In this document: positions 40,639 to 43,518 of the stretch, piece after piece
Layout of the letters: each line of letters starts with the position of its first letter
Position numbering within the stretch: the first letter of the stretch is position 1
Position numbers and translations under genes: made by a program
Assembly: GCF_006345805.1 (NCBI RefSeq)
Contig: NW_021835078.1
Span: forward strand, 1 to 43,518
Origin: Octopus sinensis
Taxonomy: Eukaryota
Reading direction: 5' to 3'
Length of the DNA stretch: 43,518 nucleotides
The notes under the pieces: generated by a model
Told to the model about the DNA's origin: nothing
The model's input: only the letters and a program-made list of their open reading frames with translations
The model's database searches: none

Positions 40639-41054
40639 TAGATATGATATACTAACTGAAAAGAGGTTAAGAGTCCATAGAAGTCAAAAATTAGTGTTAG
40701 ATAAGTAAATAAAGTTGGAAAAGGCACAAAAGTATGTTTTAGAGAATGCTTTATATTTTTGTTACAGTGAGTGATTTAAGATAAAACCGGTTTCGATGTA
40801 TCCATCTTATCAAATATTATAAAGAATTTGGGGGGCGGTCAAAGAGAAAAAAATAGGGGATTGACAGTTTGTACCAATGTTTTAATACATTGTGAAATTT
40901 TACTTTAGAGTTACTTCTTATGTATGGCTTGTATATTTAGGTTTGGGGTTGGTTCCAAAGTTCAAGTTTCAGGAATTCTATTGAAAAGAACTCTTTTGAA
41001 TTGGATGTTCGGAAATTTCCATACAATCTTGGTTTTGTTGTCTCATTTTATTTA

Positions 41055-41085
<31 letters not shown>

Positions 41086-41112
41086 TGTAAATATATATAT
41101 ATATATATATAC

Positions 41113-41197
<85 letters not shown>

Positions 41198-42271
41198 CAC
41201 ATATATATATGTATATATATATTTGTGTATGTGTGTGTGGCATTGTGTGTTGCGTATGTTTGACAGATTAATTAATTCATTTTTCTGGGGGTTTTTTGCA
41301 CTCATTTTATTTTTCAACAATACTTTTTTTTTTTAATCAGTCAATAATATATTCTCTGTCATAGCAAATGATCTCTTAACATGCTGGTATGGTAGAAATT
41401 ACTAGATCGAACAATTCATCTAGCCGTCATTGTTGAAATAAAGCATCACGGACTGTTTTCAAAACGGCCGAAAAACGTGAAAATATGAAGGTGCTATCGA
41501 TATGTGGGACAAGTGTTCTCATTTTAAAGAAGCACTTCAGGTTGTCAGGATCTTACACATCGTGTGAAGATGATGTACAACGGTGTCAAGTTAGCATCCC
41601 ATCTGCTGGATAACTCCCTAGCGGATTGGGGAGGACCTCCTTAGATGAGCGCATTCACTCGATCCTCACTGAACCGAACATGTTGGCCGAAATGCAGACA
41701 GTCTGTGAGGTCAAATTTCCCCTACTTCAAGCGTGAGAAGCCATTTCTGCGTCGTTAAATATCCCTTCTCTGAACACAACACAAAAATCTTGACCGATTT
41801 TGGCAGCTTTGTCTGCTTTGGAACCATTTCTACAAGAGGTAGGATGTATGGTGTACGTGTTAGTAAGCGGTATTTGCAAAGGAAGAAATAAGTTATCTAA
41901 AAACATAAAACATATCGATGAAAATACTTATCGTATATACCAAAATTGGAAAGAAAGGAACGAATTTATCTGACAGCTCAGTGCATATGTATATGTATAT
42001 GCCTACACACATACACACATACTCATAAATACAGAGACGCACTTGCACGGAGACATACGCTCACACGTACATACACGCATCACACTCACACACACTCACA
42101 CATGCTCACAAACACACACAACACAACATACATACATACATTCATACATACATACGTATTGGTAGCATATTTCCATCACAATTTCTACCATAAGAGATCG
42201 TGTATAGTCGTCAACTACCCTGCAGATGTGATATCTGCTTGGAAACCATAACGACAGACTACTGATTCGAA

Positions 42272-42684
42272 ACCTTCAGCTGGTAGGTAGGAGCACTCCG
42301 TCGGTTACGACGATGAGGGTTCCGGTTGATCCGATCAACGGAACAGCCTGCTCGTGAAATTAACGTGTAAGTGGCTGAGCACTCCACAGACACGTGTACC
42401 CTTAACGTAGTTCTCGGGGATATTCAGCGTGACACAGAGAGTGACAAGGCCGGCCCTTTGAAATACAGGTACAACAGAAACAGGAAGTAAGCGTGAGAGA
42501 AAGTTGTGGTGAAAGAGTACAGCAGGGATCACCACCTCCCCCTGCTGGAGCCTCGTGGAGCTTTTAGGTGTTTTCGCTCAATAAACACTCACAACGCCCG
42601 GTCTGGGAATTGAAACCTCGATCCTACGACCGCGAGTCCGCTGCCTTAACCACTGGGCCATTGCGCCTCCACCTTCAGCTGGTA
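42272..42684 (-). mobile_element. Full-length tRNA-SINE (family-C-related head) with 12-14-bp TSD
   Basis: Minus-strand head GTGGAGGCGCAATGGCCCAGTGG...TTCAATTCCC; TSD ACCTTCAGCTGGTA at 42272-42285 and 42671-42684. Confidence 0.88.
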
Positions 42685-42924
42685 TGCTCAGGTTGTAAAT
42701 TCACATTTTCACCAATAATAATTAGAGCACTTGGTATTATTAATAAATACCCAAGTGATAATCGGGAAGAGCAAGGGCTGTATGAGAAGATATCAACAAG
42801 TAAACATCCATATTATAAATACAGTCTGAAAGCAGAACATTAAAAATATACAAAACTTTTGTATCTTGGAAAATATTACGTTGTTTTTTTTTTTTTGGGG
42901 GGGGGGGGTGCATTCCTAACTGAC

Positions 42925-43104
42925 AGCGTGACACAGAATCTGACGAGGCTGGTCCTTTGGATTTCAGGTACTACGCATTTTTGCCAGCCGAGGGAACTTG
43001 AGCAACGTGAAATAAAGTGTCTTACTCATGGAGACCACGCGCCGCCGAACTCACTACCTTATGAACGTCAGACAAATAACCTAACCGCTAAGCCACGCGC
43101 CCTC
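42925..43104 (-). mobile_element. Degenerate family-C SINE
   Basis: Reverse complement of the 37495 head and core (GAGCAACGTGAAATAAAGTG, AAGCCACGCGCC). Confidence 0.7.
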
Positions 43105-43168
43105 AGACAAACATACATACATACATACATACATACATACATACATACATACATACATACATACATAC

Positions 43169-43443
43169 ATACATACGTATACCTATTTCTTTACTACCCA
43201 CAAGGGGCTAAACACAGAGAGGACACACAGAGACAAACAATGACAGACAGAGGGATTAAGTCGATTATATCGACCCCAGTGCGTAACTGGAACTTAATTT
43301 ATCAACCCCGAAAGGATGAAAGGCAAAGTCGACCTCGGCGGAATTTGAAATCAGAACGTAGCGGCAGTCGAAATACTGCTAAGCATTTCACCCAGCGTGC
43401 TAACGTTTCTGGCAGCTCGCCGCCTTGTATACATACGTATACC
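43169..43443 (-). mobile_element. Family-B SINE with 15-bp TSD
   Basis: TSD ATACATACGTATACC at 43169-43183 and 43429-43443. Confidence 0.88.
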
Positions 43444-43518
43444 GTCATCGTTAGCGCACCACCGCAACTGACGAAGGCAGTCCAAGGGGTGCTTTCTAGC
43501 TGCTCTGTCAATTGGTAA

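Noticed and set aside
41667-41700. CTGAACC...GGCCGAAATGCA as a hammerhead
   Set aside because: Core and stems need several edits; indistinguishable from chance.

Overview
AT-rich, microsatellite-saturated eukaryotic DNA that looks intronic or intergenic. The SINE repertoire resembles what I recall from octopus genomes; this is inference, not checked. No host protein-coding gene can be supported, and nearly all listed ORFs are stop-free microsatellite translations. Recognisable content: two internally deleted Tc1/mariner (maT/DD37D-like) relics, three R4/Dong-clade LINE fragments, a CR1/L2-like LINE 3' fragment, a Penelope-like GIY-YIG fragment, a piggyBac-type MITE, several foldback elements and about 20 tRNA-derived SINE copies from three main families, four with clear target-site duplications. 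The most unusual signal is a set of minimal hammerhead-ribozyme (HHR) motifs of the Penelope dimer type (6308-6344, 30728-30763, 34198-34243, 38858-38895 plus its inverted twin, and 2855-2890). They mostly sit in short non-coding modules between (TA)n tracts. One appears to be the 3' tail of a tRNA-headed, Pol III-type SINE whose internal (AAT)n tract was later hit by an R4/Dong LINE, making it a candidate ribozyme-bearing SINE or retrozyme-like system.
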